A stretch of DNA of 64,000 nt, taken from a virus (lineage: Duplodnaviria > Caudoviricetes). The stretch's first letter is position 1, and each line of letters begins with the position of its first letter. Position numbers and translations under genes: made by a program. The notes below the pieces were generated by a model, which saw only the letters and a list, made by a program, of their open reading frames with translations, was not told the origin of the DNA and made no database searches. Location: positions 160,001 to 224,000 of IMG/VR virus record IMGVR_UViG_3300032233_002382. One strand, written 5' to 3'. Of the stretch, positions 11,201-21,136 are shown piece by piece.

Positions 11201-12936
11201 CTGACCTGGTCCGCATCAGAGCCTAGCACAGACTGGAAAGGCTGTAACTTAACAGTTACCTCATCACCGTTCCACCAATATCTTATACCACTGGCGTTAT
11301 TCCGGCTAGGACCATTTGGATGAGCTGGAGCGAATCCGGACCAATTTATGACCGATTCATATGGGGCGATTTTAAAATTACCGGCCAAATCTGTAGGACT
11401 GGTCACCGGGTTCGGATCTGCCGGATTCGGACATCTTATCGGGATGCAGAATCTTTGCATTACCGCGCTATCAGACCACGTACGCCGTAAACCATCTGGT
11501 GCATCAAGCTTAGTGAGCCCTGCGTTCGTCGGATTATTCGTAACGATATCACCGTAAAGGACAACAGCTCCCTGTGAAGCTGCGGCTCCGTATGTCTTCC
11601 AAGTACTACGCAGGTTGCCCTTCAAGAGCTCGACCACGTTAGTCTTCAGGATAGATTCGTAATCGAATTTGTCGGCTACTGAGTGGCGTAAATCGAGAAT
11701 GTCTGTCGAGGTGACCTGATCAGCGAATAAGCCGTCTGGACGGATGGTGTATAGTTTTACGGCGGACCCGGCAACATGTGAACGTGCGGTAGAGCCGAGA
11801 ACTCCACGATCGGTGATGTTTACTATGAAGCTCGTTGGAGACACAGTCGTAACGCTAGAAATTCGGACATATTCGTCATCGATTCGAACATACGCCTCCC
11901 CGAAATTCGACATTTTCGAGAGGAACGTTCCGGATATACTGTTTAGAGTGAACGTTGTGTCGGTATCAGAAATCGCTGCAGGCAACGTGATCTGATTTGC
12001 GTAAGTTGTGTAATCAAGCTTCGAGATGGCAGTTGAATTTCGGTTAAAAGCACCAGCTAAATTAGAAGTGCTGAATCCAGCTGAATTGCGGCGCCATACA
12101 ACGCAGAGTGGTATTGCGTAAACGTAACCGTCTGCGGTTCCGAAAGTGACAGGATCGCCCGTCCCAGCTCTCCAGAGACCTGGATCGCCTAGAGCTTGGC
12201 GCATGTTGGTGAATGGCACGTTCGTGGGAACGGATAAAGCACCCTGCGCGAAAACAGTTGTGGGATCGAATCCTTCCGGATTCGTGCTCAAACCAATGTT
12301 CTGAACATTGCGAATTCGATACTGGAGCTGAACACGCTTGGTGGTCTCATAGTTAATGTCAGGGTCGACTAGCTCGTCAGGTAAATATGAGAAACCACCG
12401 TCGACGTTTCCGAATCGATAAATGAAATTACGAGTGGGCTTGCCAGGCGCTACTGCTGGCGGAGGCGGATCTACATCGATCCGTTGTAACCACACTTCTA
12501 AGAAAATAAATTCCGGTACGTTTCCACTCGCACCAGTTGGCGGTGGATTCAGTATGATTCGGTTCCAGTAGTCTACGTCGTTCGGATTGATCGGAGGGCT
12601 TCCAGTCCTAGTCCCTGTGACCGGGACCATCCAACCATTCACAACAGCCCAAGTTAGATTCCGGACTTCACCGGATTGATTGCGCCCAAAGAAGAAATAG
12701 TTCGAATAAGATGGATCCGTCGAATAATCGGCCCTAGGATTCATTTCATTCATTAGCCATCCGGAGGGCAGACGGCTACGAACTTCCTCCGCTTGGTTCT
12801 CGAGATCGATAAGACTGATAAGATTTAATTCTGAATCGAGAGGTGGTTTAGAAGCTTGAAAGACGACTGAGGTATACTGACGGTCTTTATCCGTTATGTA
12901 ACGGGAGACGCCAGAACCAAGGGGATTTGTGGCCAT
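8245..12936 (-). CDS. Large baseplate-proximal/fibre-attachment virion protein (1563 aa)
   Basis: N-terminal VVFQASKPPLDSELNL resembles the FQxGxPxxDxELN start of baseplate-associated fibre proteins; small C-terminal beta domain (VQMFVNGVKLQYG); GAGGT RBS. Confidence 0.6.
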   Translation of the reverse strand: MATNPLGSGVSRYITDKDRQYTSVVFQASKPPLDSELNLISLIDLENQAEEVRSRLPSGWLMNEMNPRADYSTDPSYSNYFFFGRNQSGEVRNLTWAVVNGWMVPVTGTRTGSPPINPNDVDYWNRIILNPPPTGASGNVPEFIFLEVWLQRIDVDPPPPAVAPGKPTRNFIYRFGNVDGGFSYLPDELVDPDINYETTKRVQLQYRIRNVQNIGLSTNPEGFDPTTVFAQGALSVPTNVPFTNMRQALGDPGLWRAGTGDPVTFGTADGYVYAIPLCVVWRRNSAGFSTSNLAGAFNRNSTAISKLDYTTYANQITLPAAISDTDTTFTLNSISGTFLSKMSNFGEAYVRIDDEYVRISSVTTVSPTSFIVNITDRGVLGSTARSHVAGSAVKLYTIRPDGLFADQVTSTDILDLRHSVADKFDYESILKTNVVELLKGNLRSTWKTYGAAASQGAVVLYGDIVTNNPTNAGLTKLDAPDGLRRTWSDSAVMQRFCIPIRCPNPADPNPVTSPTDLAGNFKIAPYESVINWSGFAPAHPNGPSRNNASGIRYWWNGDEVTVKLQPFQSVLGSDADQVRFVLPDELSESILVRFEGGTSDPNGGIPVNPNTTSPTASNPQITISGKRILKPNDGLVVTLDGSDLKIKFLSGAVDSPLNEWADALQGNNDAYATNVAAWIEFTVIYGAGRGLSHKPEWIHSVVYDGNPVQTSKALLRQGLSNTNPMVPTYLSDSPYIQTGNNRTYARTSDVMLDPGSKSLYIAPYTYQTIPTLTARSGDTSNWYYTTPSATVPLYQGLMPINDQNGNPISGMSAANRDALNLFKKGNVGSVYVEIPLEFLPKPGFHHVPIYPMSATPTAYYSSGINFMLSAFQGVVGDNALYNPNIVAYPDRPGYYIATPQAGEIYGTKPGTSAYTVFGQKASINAVSSATGTVFTGIRFPKFYGPARITGVYERISGAYEPTNSPFNSDREFVGGTSPNCLRDSFDGPTFLLEVDKNGDLTFVLNSEVIDLTKATPGATFEDREWLIECVLFGFDRGFLQTNGRFVVVNPSVVNSTTRVANQQTSNADSKIGIISPAPLAVLGTNNQVTVFYSRAPYQGNPFGTQYGQTDDIYRLGPLTPSQSYSIFNNPLGPVDTLQLPAKNGYEILTAISFTTDLGTGRLSGSNPIPLLNTFEAPANPPDYAGTRVDLYRRFSLNRVGYEDWEDIKFPVDPATIIERPEIKTYALSEVFDSDIHPELAGSITQLPLGVYFRDKDFIGKTLYQTRSASGNASIPVGTFSVTPYEAPTTPSSVGLSTWEGREFVCGNSSNTSGVGSEALVKVDGIDTRNGSGAYTSTTIFKTTRGGAAYSATGPWPGGNLSSRFPKARPNNTAGSVLTATAYLVRSQPETYAGREVHVGNELQMVIVTQAAPSYFRDSEINHSAAGTNEGYTAVDRYRLLGKPLEKRRGTVDTNVLPANQPLFVNKIYDNPAFYGSSDLPLISLKQETVAVTANDQTVFSLSTRPLDPTTVQMFVNGVKLQYGATADFVVGGATNQTVTYFPNPPVHPPLVTTDVVEFWYVIF

Positions 12937-12995
12937 TGATATACCTCAAATAAACCGAGTAGTCAATCCTACTGGCCTATTAGTAACCTATTGAG

Positions 12996-13640
12996 TTAAA
13001 AAGTAAGGCGCCAAGTCCAGTTTAAAACATTTCCTGGGGCTTTGTTTATAACCGGAAATGTTAAATAATTACAAAGCACGTCCTTGCCTTGAATGTCGAC
13101 TGGTGTGTCTGAATTTGGTGGGGTAATAGGATTACGGACGTACATATTATTACCATCCAAATCACCGCCTATCAGTCCCATTTCGACCAAGGGACCAACG
13201 GCTTCAGAAGCACCGAACGTAAAACTAAAATCCACAACGTTTGTGGGGATGGTACTATCGTTACCACTAGGATCTATAAATTTAGCGCTTGCCACTACTT
13301 TTCTAGCTATTTCACCATATAAAGAATGCTGTGTAGGTTCAGCAGGTGGCGGGCTCATCGGGTCCCATCCTGCCTTACCGACACCTACGGCCAAAGCGCG
13401 AATTCCCCATTTGGGAGCACTTGTATTTACGACGCTAGTCCCGCGCATGAAGGATGCTAACAGTATACCAGCGTCCAAGGTGACGACGTTCTTCTTTTTT
13501 CCTGACCCAATGACTTCCCCATTGTGATCGAGGAGAGTCCAGAAGACTTCGCCTTGGAGGTTAAATCGAGTTTCGTTTATTTGATTCGAGAATTCTAGAG
13601 AATTGCCGGATCGCATCATCTTATTTCGATCTAGTATCAT
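12996..13640 (-). CDS. Conserved baseplate/fibre adaptor-like protein (214 aa)
   Basis: Motifs KKNVVT, ALAVGVG, FGASEAVGPLVEMGL and YLTFPVINK...WTWRLTF resemble phage fibre-collar/adaptor proteins; GAGAGG RBS. Confidence 0.55.
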   Translation of the reverse strand: MILDRNKMMRSGNSLEFSNQINETRFNLQGEVFWTLLDHNGEVIGSGKKKNVVTLDAGILLASFMRGTSVVNTSAPKWGIRALAVGVGKAGWDPMSPPPAEPTQHSLYGEIARKVVASAKFIDPSGNDSTIPTNVVDFSFTFGASEAVGPLVEMGLIGGDLDGNNMYVRNPITPPNSDTPVDIQGKDVLCNYLTFPVINKAPGNVLNWTWRLTF

Positions 13641-13655
13641 TTTGGCCTCTCTAAA

Positions 13656-14348
13656 CTATACGTCGTTTAGCGTTCCTCCCTCATCATCCGAGAAAGAGGC
13701 CAACAAATTCGGGATCCCTGTTGATTTTAAATAAACCGAAATACTGTTGTAAAGCGTACGAGCTGGGGCATCGAGACGTATAACAGCGACATTTCCATGT
13801 ACTGAATGTTCTTCTCGGTGCCTATTATACCTTAGTTTGATTTCATTCAATAAAACGATCGCAGAGTCTAAATCTGTTGCATCCGGAGAAGTGACACTAT
13901 TAATAAAGTCACTTTGCATATGTACTCGTTCCTTAACCGGAACGTTATTACGGTATTCCCGAAATACCTCTAGAGCAATATGTTTATTATATGCGGCCTT
14001 GAGGAGATTGGCTAATTTGACCAGATCAACAATTTCTGGGGTTACATCTGGAGTAATAGGGGCATACCGAGAAGGCACCCATGGTGTTGCATCAATCGTA
14101 TACGCCAAAGCCCATTTATACGTCCGGGTCGGCACATATGGATTAACGTCCTGGGGCTTACCTACGGTCCAGTCGTATGTAAATGTGTCCCACCATGGTA
14201 TGTCGATAACATTATAAGCTAAATTCCATAAACATGTTTCTACATCTATCCAGGGGACCCATTCCGGGTCCCCTGGGATATATGCCAACGCAAATAAAGG
14301 TGGGTCTACTTCATACCAGTCATTCGCGTCGACATTAACAGATGCCAT
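13656..14348 (-). CDS. Hypothetical virion protein with aromatic LAY..PW repeats and two His repeats (230 aa)
   Basis: Co-oriented ORF with short spacers; contains ANLLKAAYNKH...VHMQSD and LNEIKLRYNRHREEHSVH. Confidence 0.7.
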   Translation of the reverse strand: MASVNVDANDWYEVDPPLFALAYIPGDPEWVPWIDVETCLWNLAYNVIDIPWWDTFTYDWTVGKPQDVNPYVPTRTYKWALAYTIDATPWVPSRYAPITPDVTPEIVDLVKLANLLKAAYNKHIALEVFREYRNNVPVKERVHMQSDFINSVTSPDATDLDSAIVLLNEIKLRYNRHREEHSVHGNVAVIRLDAPARTLYNSISVYLKSTGIPNLLASFSDDEGGTLNDV

Positions 14349-14358
14349 TTATTGACCA

Positions 14359-15486
14359 TTAGACAGCAGGATTATATTGGAACGGCCAAGGCATCCAGCA
14401 GTCGCCTACCTTAATATAGTCATATTTCGGCGGCACTCCAACCGGCGCAGCTGGACGGGTCGCTAGCTGCGGGATTACCCCGCTTGCGAGTTTAATGTCT
14501 CGCAAGCGACCCTTGAATTGCTGATGCGAATATAGTGTGAATACCGGTATGTGCCACTCGTTGTAATTACCATCACTTTCATTCTGATCGTTCACGTAGC
14601 CATCGTCTATTAGTCCGCTATAACTTCCGTTTATGGCGCAAGATCCTGCAACTACCTGAACGAAGTCATTACCCGGAGTCGCTTGAGTGGAGCGACCTCT
14701 CATAGCGCCGTAGAATTCCGTCCCAGAGTTGGAACTCGAGAAAATGCTGTAGGAAGGAGAAATCTTAAATGAGTCATAATCTTCGAAAGCGGCAGCTGCA
14801 ACCGAGGGCTGATTATCGTTGGCTCGAATATTATCGATGCGGGTAGCTAGGATAGTCGCGTAAAACTTCTCCGCGTTTGCAGGATTGGTGAAGAAATAGA
14901 AACCGCCACGATTTTGAGAGGCGCTTGTGCAGAGTACGAAATGATTGTAATGAGATAGTTCTACATCCCCATTATTTATGGCATTTCCTGCGTAATACAT
15001 GTTTGCATCCAAAAGGCTATAGCCGAACTCGTCTTCGGCCACAGGTCGAGCTGTAGAACTGGCTGCCACGACATCCGGCAGGGACTGAGAGAAGTAAAAA
15101 TCAGCACCGTTAGGATATAACATGTCGATCGTCATGTACAGATTTAAATCATTCGAAGTAGCATGCGGACTATGCAGAACGATCCAGGATCGAGGCAAAG
15201 TCTTATCAGTCCCGTCGGCACAGACTATCTTGGTCGAGTCGAATGTATTTCCCCAGGTATTTGTGCCGGTAATGTCCTTGACCAGCGAGGTCCCGTTATA
15301 ATAGCAAGAGGCTACCACGGTCCATGCAGCAGGGTTGCCCGTCACTGGATTACCGCCCGAGATTAATCCCGTCAAGCTCTCCACCAACCACCAGATCTGA
15401 TTTTTTGTGATGTCGACGGGATCGACGTAGGTGAAAGCGTCAATCTTATAATCCTGAACCCCTACGTACGTCAATTCGGTGGCCAT
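14359..15486 (-). CDS. Hypothetical, probably virion-associated protein (375 aa)
   Basis: Long ORF in the operon, GAGAGG RBS, beta-rich composition; no family recognised. Confidence 0.7.
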   Translation of the reverse strand: MATELTYVGVQDYKIDAFTYVDPVDITKNQIWWLVESLTGLISGGNPVTGNPAAWTVVASCYYNGTSLVKDITGTNTWGNTFDSTKIVCADGTDKTLPRSWIVLHSPHATSNDLNLYMTIDMLYPNGADFYFSQSLPDVVAASSTARPVAEDEFGYSLLDANMYYAGNAINNGDVELSHYNHFVLCTSASQNRGGFYFFTNPANAEKFYATILATRIDNIRANDNQPSVAAAAFEDYDSFKISPSYSIFSSSNSGTEFYGAMRGRSTQATPGNDFVQVVAGSCAINGSYSGLIDDGYVNDQNESDGNYNEWHIPVFTLYSHQQFKGRLRDIKLASGVIPQLATRPAAPVGVPPKYDYIKVGDCWMPWPFQYNPAV

Positions 15487-15496
15487 GCTTATCCTC

Positions 15497-18400
15497 TCAT
15501 TTGGTGATCAGTATCGGTATATCAATGACCTCTAAGTGTGAGGTCTTCTTGTTTACGTGGCTTCCAAAATTTTTAAGAATATCGAAAGCCAAAGATACGG
15601 CGACGTTATAGCTATCCTTGAGATCTGACTGTTCCGGTATATCGACGACATCTCGACTGCCGTGAGCCAAAGCTAACAATCCGGGAGCTCCAACGCCACA
15701 GGGTATGTGACTATCGAAGAGCACACTGCGAGCTTGTAAGACTGCTTGAGCTGAAGTGATCTCATCTGTAGCTACTGTACTATATAAAGCGTCGAAACTT
15801 CTAAAGTCTTCGGTTCGGTGCACCTGCTGACCGTCAAAAGTAGAAAGAGATTTATTTGTGTGTGAGCGTATGTTAGATATTATAGTGTTTATTTCGGATA
15901 TTATGGTGTCTGATTGCGGTTGAGCTAAAACACCAAAGCCTAGTACATAAACCGCAGTCGAAGGTGTATAGGCAAATTGGTCATCAGACGTGTGGAGTGT
16001 TAAATCAGAGAGGTGGGAATTTAGAGAGTCCCTTAATGAATTCATGAGCCTAATGGCAAATTCCCAGTTTTCATAGAAAGCCACGGACGGAATGAAATCA
16101 GTGGGCGAATGGAAATTACCACCCGTGTTGTTGATGTGGCCAGACAACCTAGCTTGCAGAGCGTTTACAAGTGGAATCAAAGATGCCAATGTATTTGTAG
16201 CATTAGCCGGGAGCGAAGTGTTTATGGTATCTGGCAACAGATGTATGGGTGTCGAATTGAACGTTGTTAGTGGAATATGAGCCAGATATGCGGCCTTCAG
16301 GGCGTTCGCTACACTGCATGCCGATAGGATATCTGTTGCATAGCTGTTAATAGCTATGGCGTCATAGACTCCCAGGTGATAGTCGTTACCAGTAGGTTCA
16401 TTCCTTATATGCTCATTGAAAACTGTAACCAGAAAATTCACGGCCGCAATGTAGTCGGGAGTATAATCGATCTGTGTCGGCTTGTAAGCTAAGTGAGCGA
16501 AATCTGAGTTAATATGTGCTTCGACTTTTTTGGCTACGCGGTTATAGTAATCGATGGTGCCTTGCAGAGTGAGCGGGAACTCAGGTTCGATGATGTGAGC
16601 AGTATCAGCTATATTGTGGAATTGCTTTGATCCTGGTGGTGAGTAGTTGCTTAAGTGGCGGTTATACACTTCGATGAAACTATTCAACCAGGATGTGAAG
16701 GTCTCGTAGTCTGGGTAGACTGATCCGACAAAATCGAAAGTATCAGACAGTTTGTGTGTATTGTTAGCGGTCTTCACGATGTGATCGTTATATTTAGATT
16801 CTAGGTTCTTTAGTGTGGCGTTCAATAACTCAACGTTGCCTATAAAGGTCGTAGCTTCCGAGGCCAGAACTGTATTGGTGGTGTCGTCCTCGAGCGACTC
16901 CATGTTGCCACGCGCATCTATCACGTCATTTACGCTTGCTAGAGATCCGACGGGAGTCGCGGATGTAATCAATCCGCCTCTTGACTCCAGATTCTGCGTA
17001 GATATGAACGACGGAGTCCCATCTAAAAGAATTTCTCCGGACGACAACGCATCTTCAGTTAAGAAATCAGTCTCCGGAGTTCCCGAGGAGTAAGCAATCT
17101 TTCCGTTATGCGCATGAGTTAATTTCGATTTCAGATGTTCAGAAGATGTAACCACATTTGCAGCGTTTAGAACGCTGTGTGGCGGAACGAATCCATCCGT
17201 AAGTGTTTCAACACCGATCGAATATTTAATGTCATACCAAACCGTTCTACTAATCTCTAGTGGATTAAACGAACCAAAAGCTATAAATTTACCAGATGGC
17301 ACTACATTCGCCAAAAAGTCCAGGTCATCAATAGGTAGAGATAGAACGTCATAGCTTGCGGAGATAGCGGGGACTTGATCACCGTTAACATATACAGTAA
17401 CGCCTGATATCGGGTCTCTTACAAGACGGTATGTCTTAGGTACTGTCCAGTCTAATTCATGTAAATAATAAGAGGATAAATCGTTTACACTGCCTCCCCG
17501 ATATATACCAATATAGCGGTTAGCATCGAGGTTAGAATAGTGAATTGCGCTGATCGAATCCCATTCTGTGATAGATCTGGAGTACCGAAGATCGCAGTTA
17601 GTGACGGGAGATGAACCAGTTCCAAAGATTACCGATGGTCCATAGAATCCATATTCAAAGGCACTATACGGTACACCAGCGCCTAAGAGAACGCTGTCGG
17701 CCCAGAACGTCACGATCTGTGATGCCTTATCAGTGAAAATGTTGTATGTGTGGAATTCTCCATCGTTCCACCTAAATGGGAACGCAGCGACCTGCTTAAG
17801 TGAAAATTCTGACGTTTCACCATCGACCACGTAAGTCAATATATTAAGATAAGGCTCGTCGTTATTGTCTACTGATAGATGAACTTCAATGTTTTTCCCA
17901 TAGATACCGTAACTTGCAGTTGGTCCTTCATCGATCGAAAATGCAGCGCCACAAAAGTGCAAGTTGGAACCAGATTCGACAATATCGCCCTTGATATAGG
18001 ACTCGACTCTAAGCCTTACATCGAATTTCCAGTCATCCGACGGAAGAATGACTTTGGTCATGATTAACGGGTCGACACATGAATATGACTTGTAGTCCGT
18101 AGTACTATTATCTTCGATACGTAGAATCCGGCCTACCATAAACACTGGCTGATTTCCAGATTCGATCCAGACAGGGTAACTTCTATTCGGGAAGTTCATA
18201 CCCGACCAAGACATCTTCGGTTCGGGTGATGAGTCAGTACCGAATACTTTGCCTTGCATAAATCCGAGCTTCGACCAAAGATTACCGCTAATTAAATTTA
18301 TGGAGCTGCTTGCGCCCTTGGTAGGACTGGTTAGAACTATCGCCTTGCTTCCATACTGATTTGCAACCGTAGTAGCTACGCTTCCGTTTAAACTTGCATT

Positions 18401-21136
18401 AATTAGATCCGCAACTGATTGCGCGGAAGTCAACGGAGAAGGTCCGGTATTGGTTATGGTGATCTGATTAGACCCATCTATCTCAATATAGCCTAAATCG
18501 CCAGGGTTGATACTGAAACTGCCTTCGTAATTAGTTCCTGAAATCGTGGCGGGCTTCGGATTCGCTTGTAAAAAACAGAATTGAGTGCTGTATTGACCAT
18601 CCCCGATGCTAACACTATATGATCTATTATCGATACCGAAGCTGTAATAATTTCCATAAGTCTTAAAATCAACACTTATGAGGTTTTTAGGGGTGGCGGT
18701 TGGTTCAACCCGGAGGTATCCTCTGAATTCTCCCGTTACGTATCCAGTAAAAGGGACATCGACACTTGGAATACTACTGGTTGAGTCTACGACAAGACGA
18801 TTCGGGCTCGTCTTGAGGTATTCAGTACCACCCTGGCCGACGGTGATCCAAGGGTAAGAAGTATCGAATTCAGGTAAGGTCGAAGCTTCATATGTAACTG
18901 TTTTATTCTTACCCACCTGCCTCCGAGCCAGAGGGATGACACTCGCTCTAATAAATTTCCAAGTCGACTGGTTCGTAGCCGCATCCTGCAACGAACCGAA
19001 AAATACTTGGTATAAGTTGTCAAACACAAGGTCTTGGTCGGCAGCGTTAGGTAGATCTTCATATCTTACGACAGAACCTGGAGTAAGACTCCCGCTCAAT
19101 GATAAAGACACATCACCTACTTCATTTCGGAACATCAAATATGAAGTTTCGACACTCCAGTCATACGGAAATAGATTCCAGCTATACTGATTCTCAGAGG
19201 GCCCGCGAGAGGTTAACAACCCTACCTGTTTTACTTGAACCACTGTGTTTGTGGTGTCGTTATTGTAATGAACGTCTGCACGAACAAGATGATGGTTAAA
19301 AGAAGACACGATACTGTTAACGGTAGCGATGGCAGAGTCTTCATCAATCGGAGCCGGGATAAGAATCGAGTCCAAAGCGTCAACGTTTTTGTGAATGTTA
19401 GCAGGACCCTGGATGATATGATTATTGAATTTCGAAATTAAGTCGCCGCAAAGCGTTATAAGGCTGTCTAAATCAACGGCATCGTTGGCCGATAACTGAT
19501 CCTGAACCAAATCATCATTAGGAGCATGAACACCAGTCTCTGCCAAATGGGCGGAATATTTTGATTTAAGCTGATTAGCGATCAAGATCGCGGAGCCTAA
19601 ATTAGTCGCATCAGTGTATAACAGACCCGCAATCGAAGCTTTTTGACCGTCCGTGATACCGAATCCGACGCCCGTGTCATTGCCGTCCGTTATAAAGGAC
19701 TCGCGATCCGCCAAGGAAGAGAGTCTAGCAACTAAATATACATAGCTAGAGTATGTTAAATCAATTGAGTACGAATAAAATGGGCTGCCTAGTGCAATGT
19801 CGACTTCACTACTGTTATCAAGTAAGACAAGTCCTCCGTTGTTAGGAATTAAGCTTGTCTGGCCCACTCCGTTAAACATCCATGGATTGACTTGATTTTC
19901 GGGTAAAACAATCGGATCATACCTGATATAAGTCGGAGGGGTGACATCTTCGAATACGGGAAACATGATCCGATTTGTCGGAACATTGAGCAATAGCGTG
20001 TTGGGATCGTTTAAAGATGCCGTATAACTACGTTCGAAACCCTTGTATTTTATGCTCGTCGTTTTCGGGGAATATGGAGAGATTATGTCAGATGACGCAA
20101 CGACTGGATTCACTAAAAATGATCGCTGTCTATACAGATGATCAGGAAAGCCCGATTTACCACGATTCTTTTCCTGGTTCAGCACGAATTCGAAACTATT
20201 TAGTCGCTCGAATTGACTCGGCGGATTCACCAAGTAACTGTAGTCCAGCTTGACTTGATCTCCTGTGTTCGGTATGTCAGTCAATACAACTGCGCCTAAT
20301 GACCCATAGACTGCGTCTACAGAGGCCGGAACATCATTTACGGTTACAAAAACATCGGCGGCGTCGTCAGCTATCTGGCCTAGTCTCGGGTCGAAAATCG
20401 TATAAGAAAAAGGTCCGGCTTTTACGATGAAATCTGATAGTTTAATCTGAGGAAGCAGGTATAAGTTCGTGTTATCTTCAGAAACATGGAAAGTTAAGTT
20501 CGACCTGTGATCATTATACCTACGAACACATAGATTAAACGTATTTACGATAGGAACTAAATCGACATTATTAAGATCTTGAATTTGAGAGTATATTTTG
20601 TAATTTGGATCAGCAAAATAATGTATGCTTGGATCGTAAGGCGGACCGACTAACGGTCCGTTATTAGCATGTTGCTCCAAAGACGTGAGCAGTTCGACCA
20701 AGACATATTTGTACGAAAATGCGTCTATGGCATCCGAATCTAAATTGTTGTATACATCGGGATTTAAATGGAAATCGGAGCTTAATATATGATCGTTGAA
20801 TAATGATCTTAGTGTCGTTATATTTTGTATTAGAGTCGATTCTAAGCTATCTCGATCTAATAGATCAAAATTAGAGCCGCGAACTCTTAGTCTTCTAGGA
20901 TTGACGATCTCTACAATCTCATATCGACCGGAAAAGGGACCTGAATTGATATTCAAATCCTTACCGAGATAACTATCATCGAATATTTGCGTCGAAATTT
21001 CTACAACGTCATTAGATATGACTGAACAGTTATTTCCGAACAAAACGGGGACCGGCGGTTTAACGATAGTAGCCTTATTCGCAAAAATGGTGCGGTCTAA
21101 CGTAGATGGAGTGCCTATGAAATTGACGTTCGGCAT
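15497..21136 (-). CDS. Giant virion protein (1879 aa) with ~16 His-containing helical repeats flanking beta-rich domains
   Basis: Largest ORF in the window; repeated [YF]NxH...Hx3D motif; start overlaps the upstream gene's stop. Confidence 0.8.
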   Translation of the reverse strand: MPNVNFIGTPSTLDRTIFANKATIVKPPVPVLFGNNCSVISNDVVEISTQIFDDSYLGKDLNINSGPFSGRYEIVEIVNPRRLRVRGSNFDLLDRDSLESTLIQNITTLRSLFNDHILSSDFHLNPDVYNNLDSDAIDAFSYKYVLVELLTSLEQHANNGPLVGPPYDPSIHYFADPNYKIYSQIQDLNNVDLVPIVNTFNLCVRRYNDHRSNLTFHVSEDNTNLYLLPQIKLSDFIVKAGPFSYTIFDPRLGQIADDAADVFVTVNDVPASVDAVYGSLGAVVLTDIPNTGDQVKLDYSYLVNPPSQFERLNSFEFVLNQEKNRGKSGFPDHLYRQRSFLVNPVVASSDIISPYSPKTTSIKYKGFERSYTASLNDPNTLLLNVPTNRIMFPVFEDVTPPTYIRYDPIVLPENQVNPWMFNGVGQTSLIPNNGGLVLLDNSSEVDIALGSPFYSYSIDLTYSSYVYLVARLSSLADRESFITDGNDTGVGFGITDGQKASIAGLLYTDATNLGSAILIANQLKSKYSAHLAETGVHAPNDDLVQDQLSANDAVDLDSLITLCGDLISKFNNHIIQGPANIHKNVDALDSILIPAPIDEDSAIATVNSIVSSFNHHLVRADVHYNNDTTNTVVQVKQVGLLTSRGPSENQYSWNLFPYDWSVETSYLMFRNEVGDVSLSLSGSLTPGSVVRYEDLPNAADQDLVFDNLYQVFFGSLQDAATNQSTWKFIRASVIPLARRQVGKNKTVTYEASTLPEFDTSYPWITVGQGGTEYLKTSPNRLVVDSTSSIPSVDVPFTGYVTGEFRGYLRVEPTATPKNLISVDFKTYGNYYSFGIDNRSYSVSIGDGQYSTQFCFLQANPKPATISGTNYEGSFSINPGDLGYIEIDGSNQITITNTGPSPLTSAQSVADLINASLNGSVATTVANQYGSKAIVLTSPTKGASSSINLISGNLWSKLGFMQGKVFGTDSSPEPKMSWSGMNFPNRSYPVWIESGNQPVFMVGRILRIEDNSTTDYKSYSCVDPLIMTKVILPSDDWKFDVRLRVESYIKGDIVESGSNLHFCGAAFSIDEGPTASYGIYGKNIEVHLSVDNNDEPYLNILTYVVDGETSEFSLKQVAAFPFRWNDGEFHTYNIFTDKASQIVTFWADSVLLGAGVPYSAFEYGFYGPSVIFGTGSSPVTNCDLRYSRSITEWDSISAIHYSNLDANRYIGIYRGGSVNDLSSYYLHELDWTVPKTYRLVRDPISGVTVYVNGDQVPAISASYDVLSLPIDDLDFLANVVPSGKFIAFGSFNPLEISRTVWYDIKYSIGVETLTDGFVPPHSVLNAANVVTSSEHLKSKLTHAHNGKIAYSSGTPETDFLTEDALSSGEILLDGTPSFISTQNLESRGGLITSATPVGSLASVNDVIDARGNMESLEDDTTNTVLASEATTFIGNVELLNATLKNLESKYNDHIVKTANNTHKLSDTFDFVGSVYPDYETFTSWLNSFIEVYNRHLSNYSPPGSKQFHNIADTAHIIEPEFPLTLQGTIDYYNRVAKKVEAHINSDFAHLAYKPTQIDYTPDYIAAVNFLVTVFNEHIRNEPTGNDYHLGVYDAIAINSYATDILSACSVANALKAAYLAHIPLTTFNSTPIHLLPDTINTSLPANATNTLASLIPLVNALQARLSGHINNTGGNFHSPTDFIPSVAFYENWEFAIRLMNSLRDSLNSHLSDLTLHTSDDQFAYTPSTAVYVLGFGVLAQPQSDTIISEINTIISNIRSHTNKSLSTFDGQQVHRTEDFRSFDALYSTVATDEITSAQAVLQARSVLFDSHIPCGVGAPGLLALAHGSRDVVDIPEQSDLKDSYNVAVSLAFDILKNFGSHVNKKTSHLEVIDIPILITK

